Notes under the pieces: generated by a model
Database searches by the model: none
What the model was told of the DNA's origin: nothing
The model's input: the letters and a program-made list of their open reading frames with translations, nothing else
Virus record (IMG/VR): IMGVR_UViG_3300026097_000011
Location: 32,001-96,000 of that record
Reading direction: 5' to 3' (one strand)
Source: a virus
DNA length: 64,000 nt
Shown: positions 27,908 to 37,234 of the stretch, one piece after another
Numbering within the stretch: position 1 is the first letter of the stretch
How the letters are laid out: every line of letters begins with the position of its first letter
Program-made: the position numbers and the translations under genes

Positions 27908-29776
27908 TTAATTTAGCAATCTTTCTTTTCTAGGCTGTGAGTCTTTTCCAAACCATGCTTCTAGTGAATCTTTTGAATGCTTATCAAATTTAATCTGAAC
28001 AGTTTTTGGATTCTTAATAATCTCTTCATATTCATCATCCTCAAGTGCAGCTAAACCTTTTTTATACTCAATATTCCACGTTGAAGGATTGGTTGTTTTT
28101 TTATTCATCCAATGTTCAAACTCTTCATTCGTATAAAACGTATTCATTTGCTTTCTCTTTTTTGCAACTACTAATGGAGTCATTACTTTATGGATTATTC
28201 CCATTTCAAATAATTCTGGCCAATATTTAGCAAAAAAGTTCATAAGTTGTGCCGCAATAGAATTTCCATCCGGATCTGCATCTGTGTAAATGTATACTTT
28301 ACCATATCTTAAATCTTTAGGATCTTCTCCTAGTTTAAGTCCAATAGATCCCATTAATCCTTTTGCTTCTTCGTTTTTAATGACCTTTGTATTAGGAAGT
28401 TCATGAACATTCATGAATTTACCCTTTAATGGGAAAGCTCCCATTTCTTGAGTGTTTCTAAATTTACGAACAGCTGATAGTGCTGACATTCCCTCATATA
28501 TTCCAAGAATACATTTAGATCTATCACCTTTTTTCTGAGCATCTATTAATTTCTCAACTCTACCCTTTGCAAGTGACTTATTTAGCTTTCTAAGCTCAGC
28601 TCTTTCTTCTGCAAGTTGTTTCTTCTCAACCCAATCAAGTACAGATTGAATTATTTCAGATTTGAATATCTGTTTTGCAATTTTCTCAGTAACTTCGTGT
28701 TCGGTTTTGAATTTTCTTTGTTCAGTAATTAATTTCTCCTTTGTTTGAGAACTAAATGCTGGATTTACAACCATACCGTCGATGAATACATAAAGGTGGT
28801 TACGAATATCATTCGGTTTTACATCAACTTTATGTTTCTTTGATATCATTTCACGTAAGTGTGAAATTAATTGATTTGTAATATAGTCTACGTGAGTTCC
28901 ACCTTCTTTAGTATGAACCGAGTTTACGAAACTAACATTTGTAAAGCCATCAGTTGATTTTGCAAATCCAATTCTCCAATCATTTGATTCCTCGTAAAAA
29001 TATTCATTTTTTCCAACGTATAATTTAATATAGTCTTCAAATTTTCTGAATTTTATCTCACTTTTTGTGGTTTTACCATCTTTGATAGTTGTAATCTTAA
29101 CTTTAAGTCTAGGATTACATGCGGCTGCATCTAAACATCTCTTATACAGAATTTTATAACTATTCCAATCAATTACTTTCATTTGGAATCTATCAAGATC
29201 TGTAGTATATGATATTTCAGTAAATCCACGAGAAGCTTTGCTAACTTTCGGCTTAGATCGTTTACTCATATTATTAGTAAACGTTTGCTCGTACTTATTA
29301 GTACCATCGCATGTTTTAAGAACGAATTTATTACTAAATATATTTGTTAACGTTGCACCAACTCCGTTTGTCCCAGCTGTATCTCTATTTTTACTATCAT
29401 CAAAGCTACTTCCTGCTTTTAGATTTGAAAATATCATTTCAGGAATCCATTCTTTATGAACTGCATGTTTCTTAACAGGTATTCCACCATTATCCCATAC
29501 TGTGATTTCTCCAGAATCAAGATCAAACGTAACCCTAATCTCGTTTAAGCTTTTTGTTTTTCTATGCTCATCGACTGAATTAGATAATATCTCATCGAAT
29601 ATTTTAAGAAATGCTGGATTGTATGTTACGGATTCATACTCAATTTCGTCTCCATCAAAGAGATGATGATGTCCTGTATGTGGTTCAGTAGATCCAACAT
29701 ACATATACGGACGATGCAGAACATGCTCACGATCTGTAAGCTTCTGATACTTTTGTTCTATTTTAGATTTAGCCAT
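27908..29776 (-). CDS. Type II topoisomerase large subunit (fused gp39+gp60/GyrB-like)
   Basis: EHVLHRPYMYVGS, EILSNSVD, GTNGVG, EGMSA, PLKGK, DADPDG, YKKGLA. Confidence 0.95.
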   Translation of the reverse strand: MAKSKIEQKYQKLTDREHVLHRPYMYVGSTEPHTGHHHLFDGDEIEYESVTYNPAFLKIFDEILSNSVDEHRKTKSLNEIRVTFDLDSGEITVWDNGGIPVKKHAVHKEWIPEMIFSNLKAGSSFDDSKNRDTAGTNGVGATLTNIFSNKFVLKTCDGTNKYEQTFTNNMSKRSKPKVSKASRGFTEISYTTDLDRFQMKVIDWNSYKILYKRCLDAAACNPRLKVKITTIKDGKTTKSEIKFRKFEDYIKLYVGKNEYFYEESNDWRIGFAKSTDGFTNVSFVNSVHTKEGGTHVDYITNQLISHLREMISKKHKVDVKPNDIRNHLYVFIDGMVVNPAFSSQTKEKLITEQRKFKTEHEVTEKIAKQIFKSEIIQSVLDWVEKKQLAEERAELRKLNKSLAKGRVEKLIDAQKKGDRSKCILGIYEGMSALSAVRKFRNTQEMGAFPLKGKFMNVHELPNTKVIKNEEAKGLMGSIGLKLGEDPKDLRYGKVYIYTDADPDGNSIAAQLMNFFAKYWPELFEMGIIHKVMTPLVVAKKRKQMNTFYTNEEFEHWMNKKTTNPSTWNIEYKKGLAALEDDEYEEIIKNPKTVQIKFDKHSKDSLEAWFGKDSQPRKERLLN

Positions 29777-29781
29777 ATTTA

Positions 29782-29808
29782 ATTATACACTATTTTTAAT
29801 AAAAGTTT
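29782..29808 (-). promoter_or_regulatory. AAAC-N16-GTATAAT promoter-like motif
   Basis: Directly upstream of topoisomerase start. Confidence 0.65.
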
Positions 29809-30215
29809 TACCAGTCCATTACACATTCCTTAGTAAACTCATCCATGAGGAACTCTTTAAACTCAGCGATTCCATCATGAGAAAACTTTCCAAATTTTCC
29901 TTTTTCATGTTTTGGAAGATTTTCCTTTGTCACGGTTCCATACTTTTCAACCCAATCTTCCATTTTGTTTACCATATCAACTAGATCTACATGTTGGTAT
30001 TTTTTAACTTCAAAGAATACGTCTTCGTAGTCAAATTCAAATTTTTCAATATCTAAAACATAATTATCAATTTTACCCAACTTAGAATCTACAAATAATT
30101 TCCATCTAGTTTCTAAGTCAACTGATACATCGGCACAATATGCTTCTACATCATTTCGTAAATCTTCTGTCTCCACATTATATGCAGTTATTCGTTCTCT
30201 TAGTTCTTGTTCCAT
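29808..30215 (-). CDS. Hypothetical protein
   Basis: 135-aa ORF. Confidence 0.7.
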   Translation of the reverse strand: MEQELRERITAYNVETEDLRNDVEAYCADVSVDLETRWKLFVDSKLGKIDNYVLDIEKFEFDYEDVFFEVKKYQHVDLVDMVNKMEDWVEKYGTVTKENLPKHEKGKFGKFSHDGIAEFKEFLMDEFTKECVMDW

Positions 30216-30231
30216 AGCGTTATTATTAAAA

Positions 30232-30424
30232 AGAAGCTATCTACTATATCCGAAATCAATGTGCCGGCAACATCGACCCCCGTTTTCTATATCTGCTTAT
30301 GATCTATTGATCAACTTGATTAGGTGTACCTAACATCGATATAGTAGAAATTCCCCATCGTACATATCTCTCACACGGATTCGTGCCCTGAGTATCGGTA
30401 GTCTGCGAAGGAACTTTCGCTTCT
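30232..30424 (-). ncRNA. Candidate structured RNA of unknown family
   Basis: GC-rich non-coding gap with 11-bp stem (30240-30250/30338-30348), closing AGAAGC/GCTTCT and five smaller hairpins. Confidence 0.5.
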
Positions 30425-30437
30425 AATATGTTTTTAT

Positions 30438-32024
30438 TTACCTATTTAAATGTTTAATTTTCAATGCGTCCCTAAAATATTGAGGAACTCTTTTTTGTAA
30501 TACTTGATCAAAGCATGCGTCTAATACATAAGTTTCAGCCCAGTCGTCTTCACTTCTAACAGATCTTCCATATGCTTGCATTATTTCTATTAATGTTTTC
30601 CAGTTATACCAATCAGGCTTAGTTTCTAGTCTTCTCTTAGTTTTACTACTTTGAAGATTTGGAAATGGTACCTTTAATATAACTTGAAATCTAGATAAAT
30701 CATCCTTTAAATCTATTCCGTTCATCATTGACGGGGAAACTAAAACCGTCTCAAATTCAGATTTAATATGATGATCTAGGGATTTCTCTCTAGTTGATGA
30801 ATCGTGTATTAATAATCTATCATCTTTAATGTTTCTTCTAATCCAATCACTGAATTGATAGTTACCAGTATGAATTATTCCCTTATGATCTTTATTCTTC
30901 TCTAGAATCTTTTTCATAACTGGAATAGCAGTCTTGAACGTTTCTTTCTTATCATAATATGACATTTTTCCAAATTTCACATATATGATTGGTCTATTTT
31001 TAGGTTTAAATGGACATGGCAATTCTAAATATGAATATTCATCGTCATCTAGTCCCATTAAAAATTCCATCATTGAGGGATCTAATATAGTTCCTGACAT
31101 CATAATAACATGATCATACTTATTAAAGAACATTTCTTTCATATACGCATTTCCCCAAATAGGTTCAACTAATATTCTAGTTTTTCCATTCTGATCTAAA
31201 TCTTTTTCAAATACCCAATTTGTTGTATAGTTTTCTTCATCGTTGATAAATCTATTGTATTTACACATTGCTTTATCACAGTGATCTGCTCTACTAACAA
31301 GCTCAGCTCTTTTTTTCTTAGCTCTAGTTTCCTTTGCATCCTCAATTAAATTAGTCATGTGACTAACTAATCGTGGAATAATTACTTTAGATACATATGC
31401 CGATAATTGAGTAGGACTAGTTATTCCATCTAGGTCTCCTGCCATCCATGGTTCCCATATTCCTAGCTTCTCAAGACTTCTCTCAGAAAACATAGATGAT
31501 ACAAAATCACAGAATGCTTCTTCAAAAAAATGAGCTTCATCTATTATTAGAACATTAGCTGATCTTTCTGCTAATTTATCAGGAGCATACATTGCATATG
31601 CCGTAAGTAAATGATAATTTGTGAGTCCAATTCGTTCGCGTTGAAATTGAGACGATGCTATTGTATGAGGACAGGTTCCGCATTTTTTACCCTTTACTTT
31701 GTTGAGAGTTTTAGATTCTCCACATTGCATCATATTAGTTCTACACCAATAACTATTGCTTCCCTTTAAGGATGCCATGAAATCAAAATCTCTAGTATAT
31801 TGATCTTGGAGTAATTTAGTATTTGTAATAATATCGAATTTGGAATCAACGTTGACTTCTTTAGAGTACCAATCGGCGATCATCACAGCCGCATATGATT
31901 TACCAACTCCAGTAGGAGCATCTATCATCATAAATTTTTTATCGTTATCAACTGATTCCTTTACGAAATCTAGAATCTCATTTTGTTGTGGTCGAGGATC
32001 GTGATCTAATCTGATATCTCTCAT
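30438..32024 (-). CDS. DinG/Rad3-like SF2 helicase
   Basis: PRPQQ, APTGVGKS, four Cys (possible Fe-S), IIDEAH, MSGT, GIDL, KVPFP, QAYGRSVRS.DD. Confidence 0.9.
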   Translation of the reverse strand: MRDIRLDHDPRPQQNEILDFVKESVDNDKKFMMIDAPTGVGKSYAAVMIADWYSKEVNVDSKFDIITNTKLLQDQYTRDFDFMASLKGSNSYWCRTNMMQCGESKTLNKVKGKKCGTCPHTIASSQFQRERIGLTNYHLLTAYAMYAPDKLAERSANVLIIDEAHFFEEAFCDFVSSMFSERSLEKLGIWEPWMAGDLDGITSPTQLSAYVSKVIIPRLVSHMTNLIEDAKETRAKKKRAELVSRADHCDKAMCKYNRFINDEENYTTNWVFEKDLDQNGKTRILVEPIWGNAYMKEMFFNKYDHVIMMSGTILDPSMMEFLMGLDDDEYSYLELPCPFKPKNRPIIYVKFGKMSYYDKKETFKTAIPVMKKILEKNKDHKGIIHTGNYQFSDWIRRNIKDDRLLIHDSSTREKSLDHHIKSEFETVLVSPSMMNGIDLKDDLSRFQVILKVPFPNLQSSKTKRRLETKPDWYNWKTLIEIMQAYGRSVRSEDDWAETYVLDACFDQVLQKRVPQYFRDALKIKHLNR

Positions 32025-32183
32025 ATAGTAATTGATTTTTTTAAAAGCTCATCAACGAGATCTTTTGCAAATTTTATTGAGTTATCATGGCATCCTACAT
32101 AAACTGAAGTAGAGCTATTGTAATAACATCGATAAAACTGTGAATTGGTATTATAATTTGCATTGAAGTCGATTATTTTACTT

Positions 32184-32210
32184 ATTATACCACAAGGGTA
32201 GTAAAGGTTT
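32184..32210 (-). promoter_or_regulatory. AAAC-N16-GTATAAT promoter-like motif
   Basis: Intergenic, upstream of helicase. Confidence 0.65.
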
Positions 32211-32211
32211 A

Positions 32212-32700
32212 TTATTCAATGTCTTCAATTACAATATTATTATCTTCACGATATTTAAGCTCTTGAATATAATACTTTTTATGTGGATGATCGTTTGGTA
32301 CAAAATTAATTGATGCTTTTACCCAATCATCATTCATTTCACTAAGCTTAGCTTGACGATATTCACCAGTTCCATCTTTACCATATCCTGATCTTCCAAT
32401 TTTATCTCTAATTTCTTCAAATGGCTTACCTTCGTCTAGGTCCACTATTTCAACTTCAGTCCATGCTGCCATGTGACATGGATTACCAAGTTCTAGGGTA
32501 ACTTCATCTACTTCGTAACATAGTGAATACATTCCATCTATATGATCAAAAAATATTAACTGACCGACATTTATTGATGGAGCGGAAGGAGGTATACGAA
32601 CCTCAGACGATTCTCCCTTAGATTGAGATTTATACTTATCCTCATTTTGAACATTTGACACTCTAATATAAGAGTTTCGCGGTGCATCGTATAGTTTCAT
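32212..32700 (-). CDS. Hypothetical protein
   Basis: Start reassigned to MKLYDAP (32700), downstream of TAAC-N16-GTAAAAT motif at 32718-32744. Confidence 0.65.
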   Translation of the reverse strand: MKLYDAPRNSYIRVSNVQNEDKYKSQSKGESSEVRIPPSAPSINVGQLIFFDHIDGMYSLCYEVDEVTLELGNPCHMAAWTEVEIVDLDEGKPFEEIRDKIGRSGYGKDGTGEYRQAKLSEMNDDWVKASINFVPNDHPHKKYYIQELKYREDNNIVIEDIE

Positions 32701-32747
32701 AATTTGATCTTTTGGGTATTTTACTAAAAAAGTAACCATAGTTATAG

Positions 32748-32761
32748 ATAAATAATAAAAA
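32748..32761 (+). promoter_or_regulatory. Late promoter motif
   Basis: Exact ATAAATAATAAAAA before ATG 32776. Confidence 0.75.
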
Positions 32762-32775
32762 ATAATCTGGATATC

Positions 32776-33006
32776 ATGAAGAAAAATCCTGTAATGAATT
32801 ACAATTCTTTTATGTCAGCTTTTAAAAAGGCTGAAGGAAAGTACTCGAAAAAAGCTAATATTGCCAACAAAGATGCTGGTGAAAAGAAAATTGATCAAGA
32901 TTTAGCAGAAGATCAGGTTAAAGGTAAAGGAACAGCTTCAATTAGTAAATATACTAAAGAGCATTTATCTAAAACCAATAAGAAGAATATTGTTAACGAA
33001 AAATAA
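32776..33006 (+). CDS. Small basic late protein, possible internal head protein
   Basis: VMNYNSFM N-terminal motif; Lys-rich. Confidence 0.65.
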   Translation: MKKNPVMNYNSFMSAFKKAEGKYSKKANIANKDAGEKKIDQDLAEDQVKGKGTASISKYTKEHLSKTNKKNIVNEK

Positions 33007-33017
33007 TCAGACTACTG

Positions 33018-33308
33018 ATGGATAAAGCATTTGAAAGCTTCGACGACTTTAGACTCTTTGAAAAAGAAGGTGATCTAAAAAAATTAGTCGGTAAGGACAA
33101 AGACGAAGAATTAAGCACAAAGGATGCCAAAAAAATTGGTGTTAAAGTTGCTAATATGGAAGGACTTGACAAAAAGAAATACGTAGGTATTATCAATTTC
33201 CTAGGAGCATCATGTGATATTTACAACGCAATGTGGTCTAATTATGAACGAACGAGAGATAACAAAGAGGAAAAAGAGGGTAAAAAGAAGAAAAAGAAGA
33301 AAAAGTAA
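33018..33308 (+). CDS. Small late protein with poly-Lys tail, possible internal head protein
   Basis: FESFDDFRLFE N-terminus; ends GKKKKKKK. Confidence 0.65.
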   Translation: MDKAFESFDDFRLFEKEGDLKKLVGKDKDEELSTKDAKKIGVKVANMEGLDKKKYVGIINFLGASCDIYNAMWSNYERTRDNKEEKEGKKKKKKKK

Positions 33309-33325
33309 TATTTAAAAACATTAGG

Positions 33326-33357
33326 AAAGTGAGATATGTTAATCATATCTCACTTTT
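33326..33357 (+). terminator. Intrinsic terminator-like hairpin
   Basis: AAAGTGAGATATG-TTAAT-CATATCTCACTTT(T). Confidence 0.75.
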
Positions 33358-33432
33358 GTTGTATTTAGTTGTCCGTGTTTAGTATTTAACCACAAAGAAA
33401 TCTAATTTATTGAAACTTCATAATCAGATCAA

Positions 33433-33446
33433 ATAAATAATTAAAA
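33433..33446 (+). promoter_or_regulatory. Late promoter motif (1 mismatch)
   Basis: ATAAATAATTAAAA before tail tube ATG. Confidence 0.7.
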
Positions 33447-33459
33447 TAATCTATATAAA

Positions 33460-34029
33460 ATGGCTGGATTACCACATTGGGATAACGCTGAGGCTGCTAG
33501 AAATTATTATGAACCGATTTTTCAAAATCAGTTTGAAGTTATTATCACGCCACCTGCTGCTATCACTGATAACGTTGATTTGTTAGTAGAACAAATTTTA
33601 TCAATAAAAGGACTACCTGAGTTCTTCACTTCAGGAAAAACTATACAAAATTATAAATTCGCTAAGCGTGCTTATGCAGATGCGACACCAAATGATACAT
33701 TAACTCATTTGGATATTCAATTCGAAGTCAACCTTAATGAAGATAATAATATGTATGTTTATAACACATTAAGAGGATGGGCGGATTTAATATACGATCC
33801 ACTTACTGGTAGACAAGGATTAAAGAAGGATTATGTTGGAGAAATCGCAGTATTCATCTTTAATAAAGCGGGAGATATTTTTAGAGAATTTAAATTTTCA
33901 CCTGCATTCTTAGAAGAGCCATTAAACCCAATAGATTTAAACTATAACACAAACGATATCTACAGAATAAATGCTAAGTTTGTTTGTGATACGTATAGAG
34001 AGACTAGAGTTGGTCAAATTGAAATATAA
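33460..34029 (+). CDS. Tail tube protein (gp19-like)
   Basis: 189 aa; EPIFQNQFEV, LRGWADLIYDPLTG..GLKKDY; late motif. Confidence 0.78.
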   Translation: MAGLPHWDNAEAARNYYEPIFQNQFEVIITPPAAITDNVDLLVEQILSIKGLPEFFTSGKTIQNYKFAKRAYADATPNDTLTHLDIQFEVNLNEDNNMYVYNTLRGWADLIYDPLTGRQGLKKDYVGEIAVFIFNKAGDIFREFKFSPAFLEEPLNPIDLNYNTNDIYRINAKFVCDTYRETRVGQIEI

Positions 34030-34044
34030 AAAAATTATAAATTA

Positions 34045-34488
34045 ATGGAAATTTTTGATGTACATAGAAGAGACGTTTATAATTTTGATGATTATATGGA
34101 TTTGAAAAAGCCAGCATACGGTGGACCAAGCTCAGGAAAATCATTAAAGGACAATAAAGGAAATCACGTAAACAAAGATCGTAAATTAGAAGAGTATCAA
34201 AGAACGGTAAAACGCCATGATGCCTTTGGAAATCACGTATATGATCCTACATACAAAGCTATGGGAGGAGACCTAGTTCACAAACAAGACAATAAAGGTA
34301 AAAATCCTTATAATTACCCAGATTCTTATGATGAAATGGGAATTCCTGTTGTAGATGTTGGAGATTCTGGAAAGCCAAGTAAAACAAACGAAGGATTTTG
34401 CAATACTGATTTTTCTAGTTTTATATTAGAATCTGCAGCTATTGAAGAAGAAGAAGAAGAATGTGATTGTGAAAAAGAAAATGAGTAA
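34045..34488 (+). CDS. Hypothetical late protein
   Basis: VYNFDDYM and DFSSFILES motifs; acidic tail. Confidence 0.65.
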   Translation: MEIFDVHRRDVYNFDDYMDLKKPAYGGPSSGKSLKDNKGNHVNKDRKLEEYQRTVKRHDAFGNHVYDPTYKAMGGDLVHKQDNKGKNPYNYPDSYDEMGIPVVDVGDSGKPSKTNEGFCNTDFSSFILESAAIEEEEEECDCEKENE

Positions 34489-34841
34489 TGTCTAATACAA
34501 ACGAGAACATATCAAAAAATGGATGGTCAGAATACGGTAGATTAGTATTAGCAGAACTTCAACGATTGAACCAAGGACAGGATGCTATGAAAAAGGATCT
34601 TGATTCTAAATTCATAGAGCTTAATAATAAAATTTCAGCATTTAATGCTCTTGAAAAAGAAATAGAAGAATTAAATACTTGGAAAAAAGATACTCTTGAA
34701 GTATGGTCAGCATCTCAAATGAAACAGGCAAAGGATGAAATCTATAAGCAAAAAGGATATTATCAGCGTGTAACTGGAATAATTATTGCTATCCAAATAT
34801 TATTAACTCTGTTTATGGCAGTTAAAGATAAAATCTTTTAA
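34488..34841 (+). CDS. Coiled-coil protein with C-terminal TM helix (holin/XhlA-like topology)
   Basis: Heptad region then VTGIIIAIQILLTLFMAV. Confidence 0.55.
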   Translation: MSNTNENISKNGWSEYGRLVLAELQRLNQGQDAMKKDLDSKFIELNNKISAFNALEKEIEELNTWKKDTLEVWSASQMKQAKDEIYKQKGYYQRVTGIIIAIQILLTLFMAVKDKIF

Positions 34842-34846
34842 TATAA

Positions 34847-35272
34847 ATGGGATTAGACAGAATAATAGAATTAACTTATACGTTATCAAGAGTAGAAGAA
34901 AATCTACAAGAGGAAATGGCTATTTTATCATTTGTTCTAGATTCTATCACAGATGGATATTGGGATTGGAATATTCAAACAGGTTACGAATTTTTTAGTG
35001 AAAAGTTTAAATCTCAATTAGGATATAAAAGAATGAAACCGTCTCCTGAAAGTTGGAAACGTATATGTCACCCTGAAGATTTAGAAGAAGCAGAAAGAAA
35101 AATGGAAGAACATTTTCTAGGTAAAACTGATGAATTTAATCAAATATTAAGACTTCGCCACAAAGATGGGCACGAGGTTAAAGTTAAATCAAGTGGAAAA
35201 GTTGTTAGTTACAATGACGATGGATCTCCATTAAGAATGGTTGGAACTCATATACTTATTCCAAGCGAGTAA
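34847..35272 (+). CDS. Stand-alone PAS/PAC (PAS_3-like) domain protein
   Basis: DGYWDWNI, QLGY, ICHPED, RLRHKDG, G.PLRMVGTH, as in sensor-kinase PAS domains. Confidence 0.88.
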   Translation: MGLDRIIELTYTLSRVEENLQEEMAILSFVLDSITDGYWDWNIQTGYEFFSEKFKSQLGYKRMKPSPESWKRICHPEDLEEAERKMEEHFLGKTDEFNQILRLRHKDGHEVKVKSSGKVVSYNDDGSPLRMVGTHILIPSE

Positions 35273-35675
35273 TTTTTAAATCACTAAGTCTGTCTAATCC
35301 TTCATTATCAAACTCCTTAGGTTCAATTAAGTTATATTCAAATTTAATAGGATAATACTCATCATTTATAAATTGCATCGCATTATCAATTAATGTAATT
35401 GATAAATTGGAATTTAAATATATGATGTTTTTATATTTCTTATTTTTAATATGAATAGCTTTATCTAAAAGCTTTTTAATTTCATAGTTAATTAGAAATG
35501 ATTGCACCTTGTTTGGAACTATAAATTTAGAATCAAATTTATCTTTTATTATCTTATTAACATTTAAAATATAATCTTCTTTGCTCTTTTTAGAATAAAC
35601 TGCAGTAAAGCTTCTAAACTCTCTGATAAAAATTATCTTTAATGTTCTTATTTCTTCTTCGCGTTCTTCAGTCAT
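35256..35675 (-). CDS. Hypothetical protein
   Basis: 139-aa ORF. Confidence 0.6.
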   Translation of the reverse strand: MTEEREEEIRTLKIIFIREFRSFTAVYSKKSKEDYILNVNKIIKDKFDSKFIVPNKVQSFLINYEIKKLLDKAIHIKNKKYKNIIYLNSNLSITLIDNAMQFINDEYYPIKFEYNLIEPKEFDNEGLDRLSDLKITRLE

Positions 35676-35676
35676 A

Positions 35677-36099
35677 TTAGTAAATTAATTGCTGAACATG
35701 AATTCCAGCTTCTTTTAGTATCATAAGTCCCTTTGTATCTCGATATTCTTCTTTATAGAATACTCGCTTTATCCCGGTTTGTATAATTAACTTAGAACAC
35801 TCCGTACATGGAGACAGAGTTACATATAAATTAGATCCGTATGCGTTGCCTGATGGATTCTTAGCAAGCTTAGTTATAGCATTAGCTTCTGCATGCAAAA
35901 CATACCAATTAGTATCTCCATTCACGTCTTCACAATCATTATTGAATCCACTAGGAGTTCCATTATATCCATCTGACACAATCATTTGATCTTTTACTAT
36001 TAATGCTCCAACCTTTTTACGATTACAACAAGAATTTTCTGACCACTCACTTGCCATCTTCAAATATGATATATGCTTTTTATGTTCTTTAACTGTCAT
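35677..36099 (-). CDS. dCMP deaminase
   Basis: GYNGTPSG, HAEANAI, SPCTEC. Confidence 0.93.
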   Translation of the reverse strand: MTVKEHKKHISYLKMASEWSENSCCNRKKVGALIVKDQMIVSDGYNGTPSGFNNDCEDVNGDTNWYVLHAEANAITKLAKNPSGNAYGSNLYVTLSPCTECSKLIIQTGIKRVFYKEEYRDTKGLMILKEAGIHVQQLIY

Positions 36100-36349
36100 T
36101 TTTCTTAGTCATTGATGATATGAATGTCTCTATTTTAGACTTCACATCTAGTTCATTATTAGTAGTTTTAATCTTTCTACCTATTGGTAGTATACAAGCA
36201 GATACTATTATCATTCCAAGCCACTGTACGTAACTGATCTCAACTGAGAATAAATCTATTAGTAAATAATTATATACTAACGTACAAATCAATGCTAAGG
36301 CTCCTTGTCCAATCGACCATGATATTGCATTATATAGAATTAACTTCAT
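36089..36349 (-). CDS. Small two-TM membrane protein
   Basis: Two hydrophobic segments. Confidence 0.6.
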   Translation of the reverse strand: MKLILYNAISWSIGQGALALICTLVYNYLLIDLFSVEISYVQWLGMIIVSACILPIGRKIKTTNNELDVKSKIETFISSMTKKNDS

Positions 36350-37211
36350 CTTTCATATTATTTTGAATCCAATTATAAACTGGGTCACTTGTTATTAATG
36401 TTGAATCGTTATAGTATTTTTCAAGTAATTTAAGATTACTTGATGGTTTGCCAATCGATGTTATTAGGTTTTCTGATAGCTTAGGAAATTCAATTGATTT
36501 CCAGTCTTTAGATATCATATCTTTTACAAGATCAAAATGTCTCTCGTATATATGATAAGAATCTACAATATGCGTATATGATCCTAATTTAAGATCTGGG
36601 TATTTAGATCTTAGGTGTTTTAACGCCTGTTGCTGAAGCACTGTAAAAAACGCTATATCAGTAGCAGTTCCTAAAATTGCGTCATTACTCCGCATGTTAA
36701 CAGTTAAAAATAATTTATTGTTTCTAATATGAAATATCCCATACATAGTACAAACAAAATCTTTGTTACTATTATATTGATGCTCTGGAAGATTAAAGTG
36801 CATGATCGCCTGTCTTGAATCTGGATCCTTTTCTAATGACTCTATTGCCCATTGATACTGAGTTGTTCCATATCTATTTTCACGATTAAATATTAGATTT
36901 CCATATGAAGAATTAACAGTTCCATCTTCATTTTGAATTTGTTTCCAAAATGAAGCATATTTGCTAATAAATTCCGCGTCGCTTCTTCCAAGAAAATACC
37001 AAAGAAGCTCTGCCGCTATATATTTATTTTGAGATCCTCTTCTTTCATTTTCATACATTGAAAGTAACGGATTTTTAATCTCGAGTGAAACTTGAAGATT
37101 TTCTTTAATCTTCATTCCTCTAGGTTGGGTCTCAAATTGAGGGTTTATATATAAATCATTTAAGCTTTGTGAATACACTTCTGCAAAACTATCTCCTGAG
37201 TAAATTATCAT
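36330..37211 (-). CDS. dCMP hydroxymethylase-like TS-fold enzyme (T4 gp42-like)
   Basis: YIAAELLWY, VNSSYG, DFVCT, NMRSNDAILGTATD with Asp at the base-specificity position, HIYERHF. Confidence 0.75.
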   Translation of the reverse strand: MIIYSGDSFAEVYSQSLNDLYINPQFETQPRGMKIKENLQVSLEIKNPLLSMYENERRGSQNKYIAAELLWYFLGRSDAEFISKYASFWKQIQNEDGTVNSSYGNLIFNRENRYGTTQYQWAIESLEKDPDSRQAIMHFNLPEHQYNSNKDFVCTMYGIFHIRNNKLFLTVNMRSNDAILGTATDIAFFTVLQQQALKHLRSKYPDLKLGSYTHIVDSYHIYERHFDLVKDMISKDWKSIEFPKLSENLITSIGKPSSNLKLLEKYYNDSTLITSDPVYNWIQNNMKDEVNSI

Positions 37212-37234
37212 ATATGTGTTTTGTTATTTTATAC

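Noticed and set aside
30270-30390. tmRNA or cobalamin riboswitch (GGGGGTCGA, GGGCACGAATCC)
   Set aside because: No acceptor stem/CCA, tag frame or B12 box; only short chance matches
36330-37211. Simple thyA duplication
   Set aside because: Lacks PPCH and the PFN asparagine; matches the gp42-type motifs instead
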